Below are positions 53,501-63,123 of a stretch of 64,000 bases of DNA, one piece after another; position 1 is the first letter of the stretch, and the number at the start of each line of letters is the position of its first letter. The notes under the pieces were generated by a model. That model was not told the DNA's origin. It did no database searches and was given only the letters and a program-made list of their open reading frames with translations. A program made the translations under genes and the position numbers. The DNA is from Cyanobacteria bacterium J06626_4 (GTDB taxonomy: Bacteria; Cyanobacteriota; Cyanobacteriia; Phormidesmidales; Phormidesmidaceae), in assembly GCA_038523235.1 (NCBI GenBank), contig JBCBJQ010000016.1, positions 22,505 to 86,504 on the forward strand, in the 5' to 3' direction.

Positions 53501-56500
53501 AAGAGGACTTTCAGGTTGTCAAGGGGAGCGACGGTGACAGTGTCCTCAGTCGGCTGGGGTGGAAACAGGTTGACTAGTTCATCGTCAGAGAGAGGACCCG
53601 GTAAATCCGCAGTAACGGCATCGTCGGGGATGGGTTCAGCATCAGGGGTAGATTCAGAGGCGGCGGCAAAGTCAGCAGCCATTTGCTCCTCCATCTCAGG
53701 CGTCCAGAAACCGTCGCTAGCCGTCGGCACCGTGGCTGGGTCAGAGGCGTCTGTCATGGCCACGATCGCTTCGTCTAACTCCGGCATCAACGGCGCGATC
53801 AGGGCAGCCTCGTTACTATCGGCGGCATCACTGTCGGCGGCCGCCTGATCAGTCCCCATCAGATCGAGCCCGGCTAAGTTATCCAGCGCCGCGCTTAAAG
53901 CTGCATCTTCGCTCTGCGCAGTCGTGCTAGTAACTTCTGCGGTAGCGGCAGCGTCCGGACTTTCGCTCTCGTCCTCAGGCATGGCGGCGATGAGGTTAGC
54001 GAGTGTTTGCTCAGTCTCGGTAGTATCGGCCTCAACCCCAAACCCATCACTCACTGAGCCGGTCAGGGGCAAGGTCGGCGTTGAGGGTGCTGGGGTCGGG
54101 GAGGGGGCAGGCAGGTCATCAGGGAAATCAGCGAACAGCTCCGCTGCGGTACTGATGGTCTCGCTATCGGAGACCGGGGCATCGAGATCGAGAGAGAGAT
54201 CCAGATCCAGATCGCCTAATGATAAAAAATCGTCCGCTGTCTCGACCGCATCGCTCTTGACTACTGACGGTTGCGGCTCCTCTGGAGCAGCTGCAAAAAG
54301 GCCGTCCTCGTCAGGCTCATCACTCACGTACTTAGACCAGTCTTGCGAGGTCTCGGAGGCAGCAGGGTTAGCGGGCATCGCGAGAGGCGGCGATGAAGAC
54401 ACCGTCTCTGGGGCATTGTCATCAGGGAAGAAATCGTCGTCCAGGGTGATGCTGGCACTTTCGGCGGAGATCGCCGGCTCACCGTCAGCGGCCTCTGAGG
54501 CAATCTCCAACAGACTGTCTGAAAAATCCGGCAGCTCTAGATCTAGAGGGATGGCTTCTTCTAAAGTCAGCGTCAACTCTTCGGTGATGGGTGGCACGGG
54601 TGGGTTGAGGGCCGCGTCGGCAGCAGAAGATGTCTCAGGAGGAACATCACTCAGCGGCTCAGCCAAATCATCAACATCAGGGCCAAAGGCATCTGCCACA
54701 GTGAGGCGGCGATCATCAGCGTTGGCATTGGCCTCATCGACAGCTGGCAACTCGAAGTCAGATTTTGACGCTGGAGGCGAGACGGGGGAAGGCAAGTTGG
54801 CGTCGTCGCCAAAAATATTGTCTAAAGCGATCGCCTCAGCCGCGTCCGTGGGAGCGCTCGATGCCGAGGCGGAATCATCTGAGGGGGGCAAGTCGGCGTC
54901 CAAGTCAGCATCCAGAGCATCCAAATCGAGATCTGCGAGCCAGGCATCGGGACGATCCGCCGCTGTCTCGACCGCAGAGGCATCGGCGACGGTATTAGCT
55001 GAGGGAGAAGGTTCTCGGTCAAAGTCATCAGCGATCGCAGCGGATGGTAAGGGGTCTGACTCCGTTGTCAGCTCTGACACCAGGGCGTCTAATGAGTTAA
55101 TCGGTGCACTGTCCGGCTCATCCTCAAACAAGCCATCCAGATCTGAGCCCAGATCGGCCTCGACGGTGTTGGGCGTTGAACTAGCTTCTGGCTCGCGCTC
55201 AGGTAGATCGTGATTGTCAGCATCAACAATGGAGTTATCAAGTCCTAGCGGTTCTAGGGCATCGATGAAGGTATCTTGGGCATCATCCAACACTTCATCT
55301 TCGTCATCAGCCTCCTCTGCAAGGCTGAGATCATCTGATGAGTTCGCCGCCGCGATCTCCGGCTCATCCGCAAACAAGCCATCCAGGCCTGAGCTTAGAT
55401 TGACCTCGACAGCATCGGACGCTGAACCAGCTTCTGGCTCATGCTCAGGCAGCTCGCGGTCGTCAACACCGGAGGCATCAATTTCCAACGGTTCTAGGGC
55501 ATCAATGAAGGCATCATCCTGCGCCTCCTCCACCTCATCTGCGTCATCAGCCGCCTCTACCAGACTAGGATCATCAGTAGATGTCCAACCGACCTCAGCT
55601 TGACTGGCCGGAACCGCTGTTGCCGTCTCCTCAGGCGAGGCAATTGGCCACTCGGGGGTAGATGCCGCAAAGCCTTCTAATTGGGAAAGATCAGACGTCA
55701 ATTGTCCGAACGTAGCTTCATCCAAGGTGAAATCGAGCGTTGTCCCCGAGTCGGCGGCGGGGGCATCGAGCAAATTCTCTTCCGGCGGTGCCGCAATAAA
55801 GGTATCTTCTGACTCCTCAAAGGCGGCAAACGGATCGGCGGCTGGTGGTGATTGGTCGGACTCAGTTGTCGGCAGCAGTTCGCTCAAAGACGTAATGATA
55901 TCGTCTGACTCGTTCTGAGCCTCCCCAACCGGAGCCAGCTCTTCAGCAATTTCAATTCCTAACAGATTTTCTAGCGCGGCTGGCGGATCAAGCGGGGTCG
56001 CCGCGTCATCCGCTGCTGGGGTCGACTCAGCGACCTCAAGCAGCGACTCTAAAGCTGTCTCGGCAGGCTCAGGGGGAGCGATCACCTCGGGTGCATCGGT
56101 CAGGATTGAGCCAGGCGATGGTGGCTCCAGAGTTTCCAGCGATTGGTCCAGCGTAAACAACGGCTCATTGACACCGGCTGTTGCTGCCTCATCAGCTTCG
56201 TCCAATTCATCATCAGATATCGAAGAGGCTGCGCCGATGGTGCCAAACAAGCTGTCATAGAGGGAATCAATTTCTTCGGTGTAAGCGTCACTTTCAGTCG
56301 CCTCGGCGGGGGCATCGTTCGCTGCAGCGCTGACTTGCCCTGTGACGACCGCCCAGGGAATCGGCTCAGTCTGCACCATGGTAGCTTCGCCGGGGTCAGG
56401 CTCAACCCACTCAGACATCTCGTCGGGGTCATCATCCAAGTCATCGACAGGCAAATCGGTCAACTCTTCGTCAAGCTGAAAGAGTGTCACCTCTTCATCG

Positions 56501-57504
56501 GCTTCTACTGCTACGTCCAGATCAAGCGCGCTCAGATCAACGTTGCTCAAATCAAGCGCGTCTAAATTGCTGTCCGAAAGATCAGCATCTGTCGAGCGCA
56601 CGGAGCGGTCTTGGGTGGCTCGCTCCTGCCCCGTCAACCGGGCCTGCTCTGGACGACTAATGAGATAGCTCGATTCATCTTGTAGCTGCTCTGCCAAGTG
56701 ATTAATGAAGGTGCGGAAGACAAATTCCCCCTGCTGCCCCAAACCATGCATGGCGTCTAACCCCTGATTGAGGGTATCGCAGTAACTTTGAATGCTTTGA
56801 TCTAAAGACTCAAACACCGTCCGGAGATTGCCGTCTAGCCGCAGCAACAGATGGTCGGTTTGGGCTTGAATTTGCCGCAGTTGCTCTAGGCGCTGCTGCG
56901 GATTCAGCGGCGGCAGCTCCGCTGCCACCGCTGCCGCGTCGGGAGGCAGTGCGCCATATAGGGCAGGCGCGCCATCAATTTGCGATCGCAGGGCACGAAA
57001 CTGAGGGGTCAGCTGCTCCAGCAACACCGCACTGAGTCGCCCCACGACATCATCCATCCAGGCCGGATTGAGGGCGTTAGCATTGGCGCTTTCTGACCGC
57101 TGTAAACGCTCGATCTCAAGCTGACGGACTTCATTCTTCAAAGCCTCGCGCTGCTGCTGCAGAGCCATGACTTCGCTGGTCAGCGGCTGGACCATTTGCA
57201 CCCGCAAGTACTGCATCTCTTGCAAGAGCGCTTGCAAAACTTGCTGGCTGTCGGCTCCAGCGACGTCGGTCGGTTCACCAGCCGTCGGAGCGATCGCCGC
57301 GCCGACAGTTGTCGTCAGCCCCCACCCAGGCGATTGGGCACCGGTCGCCTGCACCTCCTGCAGATAGGCCAGCACCTGCTCCATGATGCGCCGCTGCTCA
57401 TTGGCCTCCCCTGACATCACCCAAGGCAACTTGGGCGCAGCTTTAGTCAATAGCGCTTCAATCTCGGTAATAAGTGCTTGAAGTTGCCCTGATTGTGAAG
57501 TCAC
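50521..57504 (-). CDS. giant protein: SepJ/SepI-like coiled coil, acidic disordered linker and Hsp70/actin-like domain
   Basis: 2327-aa ORF with AAGGAGG RBS before GTG; C-terminal GLDFG, EEAIAAL, GGDALD and TGGNAS motifs. Confidence 0.85.
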   Translation of the reverse strand: MTSQSGQLQALITEIEALLTKAAPKLPWVMSGEANEQRRIMEQVLAYLQEVQATGAQSPGWGLTTTVGAAIAPTAGEPTDVAGADSQQVLQALLQEMQYLRVQMVQPLTSEVMALQQQREALKNEVRQLEIERLQRSESANANALNPAWMDDVVGRLSAVLLEQLTPQFRALRSQIDGAPALYGALPPDAAAVAAELPPLNPQQRLEQLRQIQAQTDHLLLRLDGNLRTVFESLDQSIQSYCDTLNQGLDAMHGLGQQGEFVFRTFINHLAEQLQDESSYLISRPEQARLTGQERATQDRSVRSTDADLSDSNLDALDLSNVDLSALDLDVAVEADEEVTLFQLDEELTDLPVDDLDDDPDEMSEWVEPDPGEATMVQTEPIPWAVVTGQVSAAANDAPAEATESDAYTEEIDSLYDSLFGTIGAASSISDDELDEADEAATAGVNEPLFTLDQSLETLEPPSPGSILTDAPEVIAPPEPAETALESLLEVAESTPAADDAATPLDPPAALENLLGIEIAEELAPVGEAQNESDDIITSLSELLPTTESDQSPPAADPFAAFEESEDTFIAAPPEENLLDAPAADSGTTLDFTLDEATFGQLTSDLSQLEGFAASTPEWPIASPEETATAVPASQAEVGWTSTDDPSLVEAADDADEVEEAQDDAFIDALEPLEIDASGVDDRELPEHEPEAGSASDAVEVNLSSGLDGLFADEPEIAAANSSDDLSLAEEADDEDEVLDDAQDTFIDALEPLGLDNSIVDADNHDLPEREPEASSTPNTVEADLGSDLDGLFEDEPDSAPINSLDALVSELTTESDPLPSAAIADDFDREPSPSANTVADASAVETAADRPDAWLADLDLDALDADLDADLPPSDDSASASSAPTDAAEAIALDNIFGDDANLPSPVSPPASKSDFELPAVDEANANADDRRLTVADAFGPDVDDLAEPLSDVPPETSSAADAALNPPVPPITEELTLTLEEAIPLDLELPDFSDSLLEIASEAADGEPAISAESASITLDDDFFPDDNAPETVSSSPPLAMPANPAASETSQDWSKYVSDEPDEDGLFAAAPEEPQPSVVKSDAVETADDFLSLGDLDLDLSLDLDAPVSDSETISTAAELFADFPDDLPAPSPTPAPSTPTLPLTGSVSDGFGVEADTTETEQTLANLIAAMPEDESESPDAAATAEVTSTTAQSEDAALSAALDNLAGLDLMGTDQAAADSDAADSNEAALIAPLMPELDEAIVAMTDASDPATVPTASDGFWTPEMEEQMAADFAAASESTPDAEPIPDDAVTADLPGPLSDDELVNLFPPQPTEDTVTVAPLDNLKVLFDDDGSTVPAPLEMAAAANQEGGSEVDPTSEDPFPFLDDDSPVSSPLEIAADAFPEDASGVDSTNEESLTFLPEDPDFVDLFPPTDEDTFALDAAPPVTESAATSSSTDSAPTSLNTEDDTSVGSELETESESTEAGTTFGVDWDPMESDFGDSDSDVTHDLDSETEEPGGFAASPLFEPLEPSPTEIFPDDENRDQASELDSLPERTEDDLSTSPLFEPLDLSMEEIPAADLEGDEAFRSAFDVDLALTPPIAADAADTPETVDVAVTLDSDSDRGEDTGAPTLATELDTELADESNLVASEETPAVTESRDVLARDPSPSLPVETPATPAIPETETLDESLEETADESLLASSGQLAAIPIADPDEPDDAVDSGSELIEEWFLGLDFGSGGLSAVLMEQGSGTAHPLCWLAESEADNPGVATFRLPTVAAFRPSASAQGALSELLAVGPAALPQQPPESPETWLLQSPRPLLKVGMPYQTVAGEWAPVVQWADAQTVSLQQVLTAVTTLLSLITHPGELALHLTAVGLDDEMLLEALASLQGVVLGLPSNWSDTYCLNIREAVLGAGLVESSSQIFFVEEAIAALLSGLPDPNEPQPESNRQMQTLYQCNWQGGTVVISGGATCTDVGIVDLPQPLDALSREDFTLRNLAYGGDALDLDIICQLLIPAERRQTVPPNASRQTKDGWSWQATLPEVTNAHWDDLHLEALDLPQLAEPDASARIHLRQRLEASRLGQSLLEAARYLKLILQNQNHYQLELADQSWRVLRRDLESRVLVPYIQRLNQQLNALLSQTGLASQGINQVVCTGGNASFNAIAKWLRQKFPNATIIQDTYPSNRPQTCSRVAYGLANLCRYPQLLDVPRHQYSDYFLLNEMIRTVPDTPLPFEGILHLLEEQGVNTDACQSRIAAILEGHLPPGLRPDASTQDYLSRDTLASDTYQELAATALFTKQTRQIYVVNPQQRDRLRDHLAKLMQDKHQSLSEPLIAELVAV

Positions 57505-58391
57505 TGTGACCTCCTTGAAAACCGACCGACGACAGTTAACCCACAGCAGATGAGGTCTGAAATATCCTGACTCTTGATCTTGGCTGAACGTCTAAGCACC
57601 AATGCGATTAGGCACTGTCGTTTGGCTGCCTTAAGCATACTCAATCTTGTGTTTGAGAGGGGTGCGACGCTTGGTTTGCCCAAAGTGTAGGACAGCCCAG
57701 GCAAAACCGTTAACTATTGTTGTAACCAAGACTGTCGACCAAAGCTGGGGCTAACCGGTGGGAATGGCTGTAGTGTGCCCTTAATAGCGGCTTAACTAAG
57801 CGCCTGATAGCAAAGCGGCGCAGAGCAGTCACGAAGGCGGGGCTTCACAAGTGCGTTTTATCCGATTGAAGCAAAACATTGGCAGCGAAACGAATCGGCG
57901 ACCAACCGGTCAACCGGGGAGGCACTGAGCCCTATCATCGACTGCAGAACTGATCGGTTCGGGGGCATCGGATAGCCTCAAAGGCCCACTGTAGAACCCA
58001 CCGCCTAGTGACGCTGGCGACTGTCGAGAGGAACCGGCGCCCTCTGAAATCGGTTAATAAATTGCGTCAAAGGCGCACCATCCTCTAGCCAGAAACCAGA
58101 CTGTCGTTAGCCGAGCCTTGGACATGGCGACTTGGTCGGCAAGTTAGGAGCAGAGTTATCCGTAAAGTGCGATTGGACTAGTGGTATTCTAAGAGACCGA
58201 AGCCGTGCTCATATCTTCTTATCTCCCCTAGCAGGAGATTCTTGTTGGGTCTTCTGGATGTCTGTATCTACCGTTTGCTGTGCTGAGTTGATAGCTTGAG
58301 TGGGCGATCGCCTGATTAACTGAATTAATCTTGGCTTTCAAAAAAGCGCCATTTTTGGAAACTTTTGTTAAATCTCTAATATTCAAAGTTC

Positions 58392-59096
58392 ATGGATAGC
58401 CGCTATGGATCCCGCGACAATTCCATAGGGGGAATGCCCATCCGAGAGACCCCATTCTTTCAAGGGTTGCCTGACGATATTATCGATCAGGCAACGGCTC
58501 AGGTGGTGACCCGTCGGCATCCGGCCAATCAGGTGCTGCTGCTAGAAAACGACTGGGGTAGCTCCGTCTATTTTATTTTGGACGGGTGGGTCAAGATTCG
58601 CACCTACAACCTTGATGGCAAGGAAATTACGCTCAACATCTTGGGCAAGGGCGAACTGTTTGGCGAAATGGCTCCGCTCGACGAAGTGCCGCGCTCAACG
58701 GATGTCATTACCTTGGTACCAACTGTGATCGGCAACTTGCCTGCCCAAGACTTTGTCAGCTTGATTCAGGCGGAGCCGCAGGCCGGTATTCGCCTGTCAC
58801 AGCTGATGGCCCGTCGCCTTCGCCAGGTCAATCGCCGGTTACGCCTGCGGGAATCGGATAGCACCTCCCGCGTGATTGATATTTTGCTATTTTTGGCCGA
58901 CGGGCAGGGCGTTAAAGCGGCTACCGGGCTCGAAATTCCCAATCTGCCGCATCGCGAGCTGAGTAGCCTGAGTGGGCTTGCCCGTGAAACGGTGACACGA
59001 GTGCTTAATAAACTTGAGAAAAAGGGGTTGGTGAAGCGCGATCGCGATGTGATGCGCATTCCTGATGTGGTTGCCCTTGAAAAACTTCTTGTGTAA
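58392..59096 (+). CDS. crp: Crp/Fnr family regulator (SyCrp1-like cAMP receptor protein)
   Basis: cNMP-binding GELFGEMA..PRS, HTH GLARETVTR; upstream of DUF2232 and cobT. Confidence 0.85.
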   Translation: MDSRYGSRDNSIGGMPIRETPFFQGLPDDIIDQATAQVVTRRHPANQVLLLENDWGSSVYFILDGWVKIRTYNLDGKEITLNILGKGELFGEMAPLDEVPRSTDVITLVPTVIGNLPAQDFVSLIQAEPQAGIRLSQLMARRLRQVNRRLRLRESDSTSRVIDILLFLADGQGVKAATGLEIPNLPHRELSSLSGLARETVTRVLNKLEKKGLVKRDRDVMRIPDVVALEKLLV

Positions 59097-59104
59097 CGCT
59101 CACT

Positions 59105-59905
59105 ATGCCTGAGTTTTCTCCCGAGCGATCGTCCGATGAGGCGACTCCCGAGTGGCGAGCCGATGTCCCCACGCCCGACCCTGATGAACTGGCCGAAGTC
59201 GAAACCTATCTCGACTATCGCCCGTTAGACGCCTTGGGAGATGCCATCCCTCGCGCCCGTCGCCCCCAAGTGGGCCCAGCGGCGATGGTTGAGACTGCTT
59301 TTTTGGCCAGTGCGGCCAGTCTGATTTGGCTGGTCAATGCTTATTTCCCGCCTGGGCCGCTATTGCGAATTGTCTTTCCCCTACCGATTGCTCTGATTTA
59401 TCTGCGCTGGGGGCATCGCGCCGCCTGGATGGGAGCCCTAGTATCGACCTTGCTGTTAGCGGTGCTGATGGGGCCACCCCGTAGCCTGCTCTACCTCATG
59501 CCCTATGGTTTGCTCGGCGTCCAGTTGGGCTGGCTGTGGCGGCGCGGCGCCTCTTGGTATCTCTCAATCGGTATCGGCACACTGCTCAGCGCTCTCGGCT
59601 TTTTTGTCCGCCTGTGGCTACTCTCTCTCATGCTGGGAGAAGACTTGTGGGTTTACCTGATCAATCAGGCGACCCAAGTGATCAACTGGGTGCTAGAACG
59701 TCTGGTCAATCTGGGCTTTTTGGACTGGGGCAGTTTGAGCCAGTCAAATACCACCCTCATCCAGGTCGTCGCGTTGGTGATTGTCTTGCTCAGCTCACTG
59801 GTTTATCTCTTTACCGTGCATCTGGCGTCTTGGCTGTTATTAGAGCGATTGGGTGAAAAAATGCCCGCTCCCCCCGGTTGGGTACAACAACTCCTTGAGA
59901 GTTAA
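59105..59905 (+). CDS. DUF2232 membrane protein
   Basis: MVETAFLAS, PLPIAL.YLRWG, LMGPPRS; multiple TM helices. Confidence 0.85.
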   Translation: MPEFSPERSSDEATPEWRADVPTPDPDELAEVETYLDYRPLDALGDAIPRARRPQVGPAAMVETAFLASAASLIWLVNAYFPPGPLLRIVFPLPIALIYLRWGHRAAWMGALVSTLLLAVLMGPPRSLLYLMPYGLLGVQLGWLWRRGASWYLSIGIGTLLSALGFFVRLWLLSLMLGEDLWVYLINQATQVINWVLERLVNLGFLDWGSLSQSNTTLIQVVALVIVLLSSLVYLFTVHLASWLLLERLGEKMPAPPGWVQQLLES

Positions 59906-59948
59906 CCTCAATGGCCCCCTGCATCCTTGCCCTATGAATTTTGGCCCG

Positions 59949-61082
59949 ATGAATCGCGTTTATACTCAAATCGCTCAAGGGCAAGGATGGCTACGGCGCT
60001 ATGTTGGGCATCGGCCTCGCTTAGCCTGTGTTTTAGGGTTTACCGAAACGGGGCTGATTCCCGGTATTTCGGCAGCGGGCAGCACGCCTCAGCAGCGTCA
60101 AACGACAGCGATCGCCGATGCTGAGTTTTTATTTCACGGGCCGACCCCAGCACCTCAACATCCGTTACCACCCTTAGTCGAGGGGGTTTCTCCAGCCTTG
60201 ATTTCGCGGGCCGTGATCGCGACTCAGCTGATGCCGCTGCTGATCTTTGATGCCGGGTTACCGATCGCGCCGACCGTGCCCCATATCGACTTGCGAGGGG
60301 CCGCCGCTGCCTGCGTGAGTTCGGGGCAAGCGCTGCCGCGTAGCCTAGTCGAATCTTTATTTCGGTTTGGGATCATGTGGGGCCACCGTTTGGGCAGCCA
60401 AGCCGGCTCTGATTACGTCATTTTGGGTGAGTGTGTGGTCGGGGGCACCACAACCGCACTGGCGCTGCTGCTGGGGTTAGGATTACCGGTGCAGAATCAG
60501 GTCGGGAGCAGTCACGCCACCTGTAATCACCCTCAGAAACAGGCGATCGCCACTCAGGGATTAGCACACTGGGAAAAACAGCAAGCCGCTGGTCGCTCTC
60601 TTGATCCGCTAGATCTGGTGGCGGCGATCGGCGACCCAATGCAAGTAGTGGTAGCAGCCATGGCATTGAGTGCGAGCTGTCATGGGGGGGTGATGCTTGC
60701 CGGTGGCACGCAAATGCTCGCCGTTTATGCGCTGGCGCGCTCCCTCGCTCGCTATCGCCGGGTTTCTTGGCAGCCGGAAAAAATTATCGTGGGCACTACC
60801 CGGTGGGTCGCGGAAGATCCCACTTGTGACACCGTGGGGCTAGCAGATTTAGTCGGCGGCGTACCGCTCGTGGCCACACAGCTTTCCTTTGCCGAGTCCC
60901 GTTATCCGGCTCTGCGACAATATGAAGCTGGGTTCGTGAAAGAGGGCGTTGCGGCAGGCGGCTGCGCGATCGCCGCCAATATCTATCAAAACTGGCAGCA
61001 ATCCCAGCTCTTATCGGCGATCGAAGCTCTGTATGAGAAAACGCTCAATCAGCAAACACCCCCGCCAGAACGACCGGTCTAG
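59949..61082 (+). CDS. cobT: nicotinate-nucleotide-dependent phosphoribosyltransferase (CobT-like, TIGR00303 type)
   Basis: TETGLIPGISAAG, GECVVGGTTTA, LAGGTQM, GTTRWV, GFVKEGV. Confidence 0.85.
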   Translation: MNRVYTQIAQGQGWLRRYVGHRPRLACVLGFTETGLIPGISAAGSTPQQRQTTAIADAEFLFHGPTPAPQHPLPPLVEGVSPALISRAVIATQLMPLLIFDAGLPIAPTVPHIDLRGAAAACVSSGQALPRSLVESLFRFGIMWGHRLGSQAGSDYVILGECVVGGTTTALALLLGLGLPVQNQVGSSHATCNHPQKQAIATQGLAHWEKQQAAGRSLDPLDLVAAIGDPMQVVVAAMALSASCHGGVMLAGGTQMLAVYALARSLARYRRVSWQPEKIIVGTTRWVAEDPTCDTVGLADLVGGVPLVATQLSFAESRYPALRQYEAGFVKEGVAAGGCAIAANIYQNWQQSQLLSAIEALYEKTLNQQTPPPERPV

Positions 61083-61249
61083 CAGCGCTGAACCTATACC
61101 CCAGCGCTCAGGATGACCGCCAACCGCGGTTGGCTCAGATCTCTCCAGATCACTAAAGTCGCAACTTGACCAGCATCTCAATGCCACATTCTGACCGTCG
61201 CATGCCGTGGGGTTTTGCCTTCCTCGAAGCGTATTCTGCTTGTGGATCG

Positions 61250-61579
61250 TTAAGGCGATTGAGCGGTGCTAGCGCCTAACCAGGCCAGATAAGGAGCCGC
61301 CCCTTGCACAATCGGTAAGGCGATGATTTCAGGAACATCGTAAGGATGCAGCGTTTGTAGGGCTTGTTCGATCGCGGCAAACAAACCCAGATCCGTTTTG
61401 ATCACGAGCTGCCATTCGCCGGCCTGCTGCACCTGGTCATTCCAGCTGTATACCGAATGGAGAGGAAACAAGTTGACGCAGGCCGCTAAGCGATCGCCGA
61501 CCAGAGACTGAGCGATCGCCACAGCCGTTTCTTGGGTGTCTACCGTCACTAAAATGACGCCATGCTCAGTCAAATCCAC
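61250..61579 (-). CDS. cutA: divalent-cation tolerance protein CutA
   Basis: RLAACVN, SVYSW, LVIKT, HPYDVPEII. Confidence 0.92.
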   Translation of the reverse strand: MDLTEHGVILVTVDTQETAVAIAQSLVGDRLAACVNLFPLHSVYSWNDQVQQAGEWQLVIKTDLGLFAAIEQALQTLHPYDVPEIIALPIVQGAAPYLAWLGASTAQSP

Positions 61580-61787
61580 CTACCTGCCGCTGTAACTCCG
61601 CCGGGTTGGCATGATCGTGGCCATGCCGCAGGAATCGTGCGCTCGGCCTCCGTATCGATCTTAAAGCACGATTTAGACAACCGGTGAACGAGGCTGTGCC
61701 GCCATCGCGGCAGGATATTGGCGATCCCCCAAACACTGCTCCCAAACACTGAGAAAAGCGCTACTGAGCACATTGAAGCATGAGTGA

Positions 61788-62720
61788 TCACGAAGTCGAC
61801 TGATCGACAAATTGAGAAGCGGCCAACGTTTCACGAGTAGAGCGCTGGCTCCAGGGAGCATAACCCGTGGCCTGCGCGTAGAGGTCTGACTCAGCACTCT
61901 TAGGCAGAATCGCATCGGTGAATTCAGCCCCAGCGATGGAAGCAACCTCAAGCGCGGCCCCTGCGAGGTTAGCCCGCGATAAATCAGCGCGCGTGAGATT
62001 AACACCTTGCATCTGGGCTCGCCACAGGATGCTGCCGGTCATATCGGCCCCGGTCAGATTGACCTGTCGCAGGCTGGCATCCCGGAGGGTGGCAAAGCTC
62101 AAATTGCTAGCAGTGAGATTGACATAATTGAGCTGGGCCCCGTTGAGCTTGGCTTCCTTGAAATTGATGCCGCTGAGGTTCATGCCGTTGAGATTCAAAC
62201 CATTGAGATAAGCGCCCTCAAAATTGACGTCATCCAAGAAGGTGCGCCCGAGCGCGGCACCACTCAATCGAGCATTGCTCAAATTGGCCCAAGATAGATT
62301 GGCATGCCTAAGGTCAGCCCCGCGTAAATTGGCCCCACACAGATTAGCCCCACACAGATTAGCGCCGCGCAGGTTGGCACCGCGCAGGTTGGCCCCACAC
62401 AAATTAGCGCCGCTCAATTGCGCGTCAGAGAGATCAGACTTAACCAAAAAGGTACCGCGCAAATTCGCTTTGTTGAGTAGCGCACGGTGCAGATTAGCTT
62501 CGCTGAGTTTGGCGAAACTAGCATCGACCCGATGCAGGTTGGCATCGATCAAATTGGCCTTGGTTAAAAATGCCCGGCCTAAGTCAGCGCCAATAAGGTT
62601 GGCCTGCTGCAGGTTGACATCAACCAAAATTCGCTGCGTTAGGTCAACACCACACAGATGAATACCGGCAAAGTCACGATAGCCAGATTCGTAGAGTTCA
62701 AATAGATAATTAGCATTCAT
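61788..62720 (-). CDS. pentapeptide-repeat protein
   Basis: Long run of A(N/D)Lxx repeats after YESGYRDF; start at 62720 or 62777. Confidence 0.92.
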   Translation of the reverse strand: MNANYLFELYESGYRDFAGIHLCGVDLTQRILVDVNLQQANLIGADLGRAFLTKANLIDANLHRVDASFAKLSEANLHRALLNKANLRGTFLVKSDLSDAQLSGANLCGANLRGANLRGANLCGANLCGANLRGADLRHANLSWANLSNARLSGAALGRTFLDDVNFEGAYLNGLNLNGMNLSGINFKEAKLNGAQLNYVNLTASNLSFATLRDASLRQVNLTGADMTGSILWRAQMQGVNLTRADLSRANLAGAALEVASIAGAEFTDAILPKSAESDLYAQATGYAPWSQRSTRETLAASQFVDQSTS

Positions 62721-63123
62721 CGCAAAGTGCCCTCGTGCCATACGTCGGGTGCGTTGGGGAAGATCAATAACAAACACATCCGGGACTCTCGTTCAGAATG
62801 GCTACAGCGTTGAGAAAAATCTGAATCGTTTAATCAGCCTGCTGAGCGGGGGCAAGGGATTCAGAGCCACAAGCGATGATCAGGGTCGCGCCCAGAAATA
62901 GAACTTGTAGCGACGAGAAATGGAGTTTGCTAAATCAGGACACCGGGGCATCGGGGCTAGCAACGGAAAAATCGTTGCCACACGGTAAGGGCGATCGCCC
63001 TCCCTATGGGGGGAGGTATCTGCTCTCAACTATCACGGTAGGTGGCGTCTCGCGAAATAGGAAGATTTTGTTAAGTTGATTGATAATTTAGAGTGAAACT
63101 TAGTAGTTGCAGGAAACGCTGAA

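Noticed and set aside
52232..56565. Several long Ser-rich + strand ORFs (e.g. 53924-55213, 429 aa)
   Set aside because: Antisense shadows of the Asp/Glu-rich giant gene; no RBS or domain signal
62224..62661. ORF with RLAPH/RLAPR repeats
   Set aside because: Antisense of the pentapeptide-repeat gene
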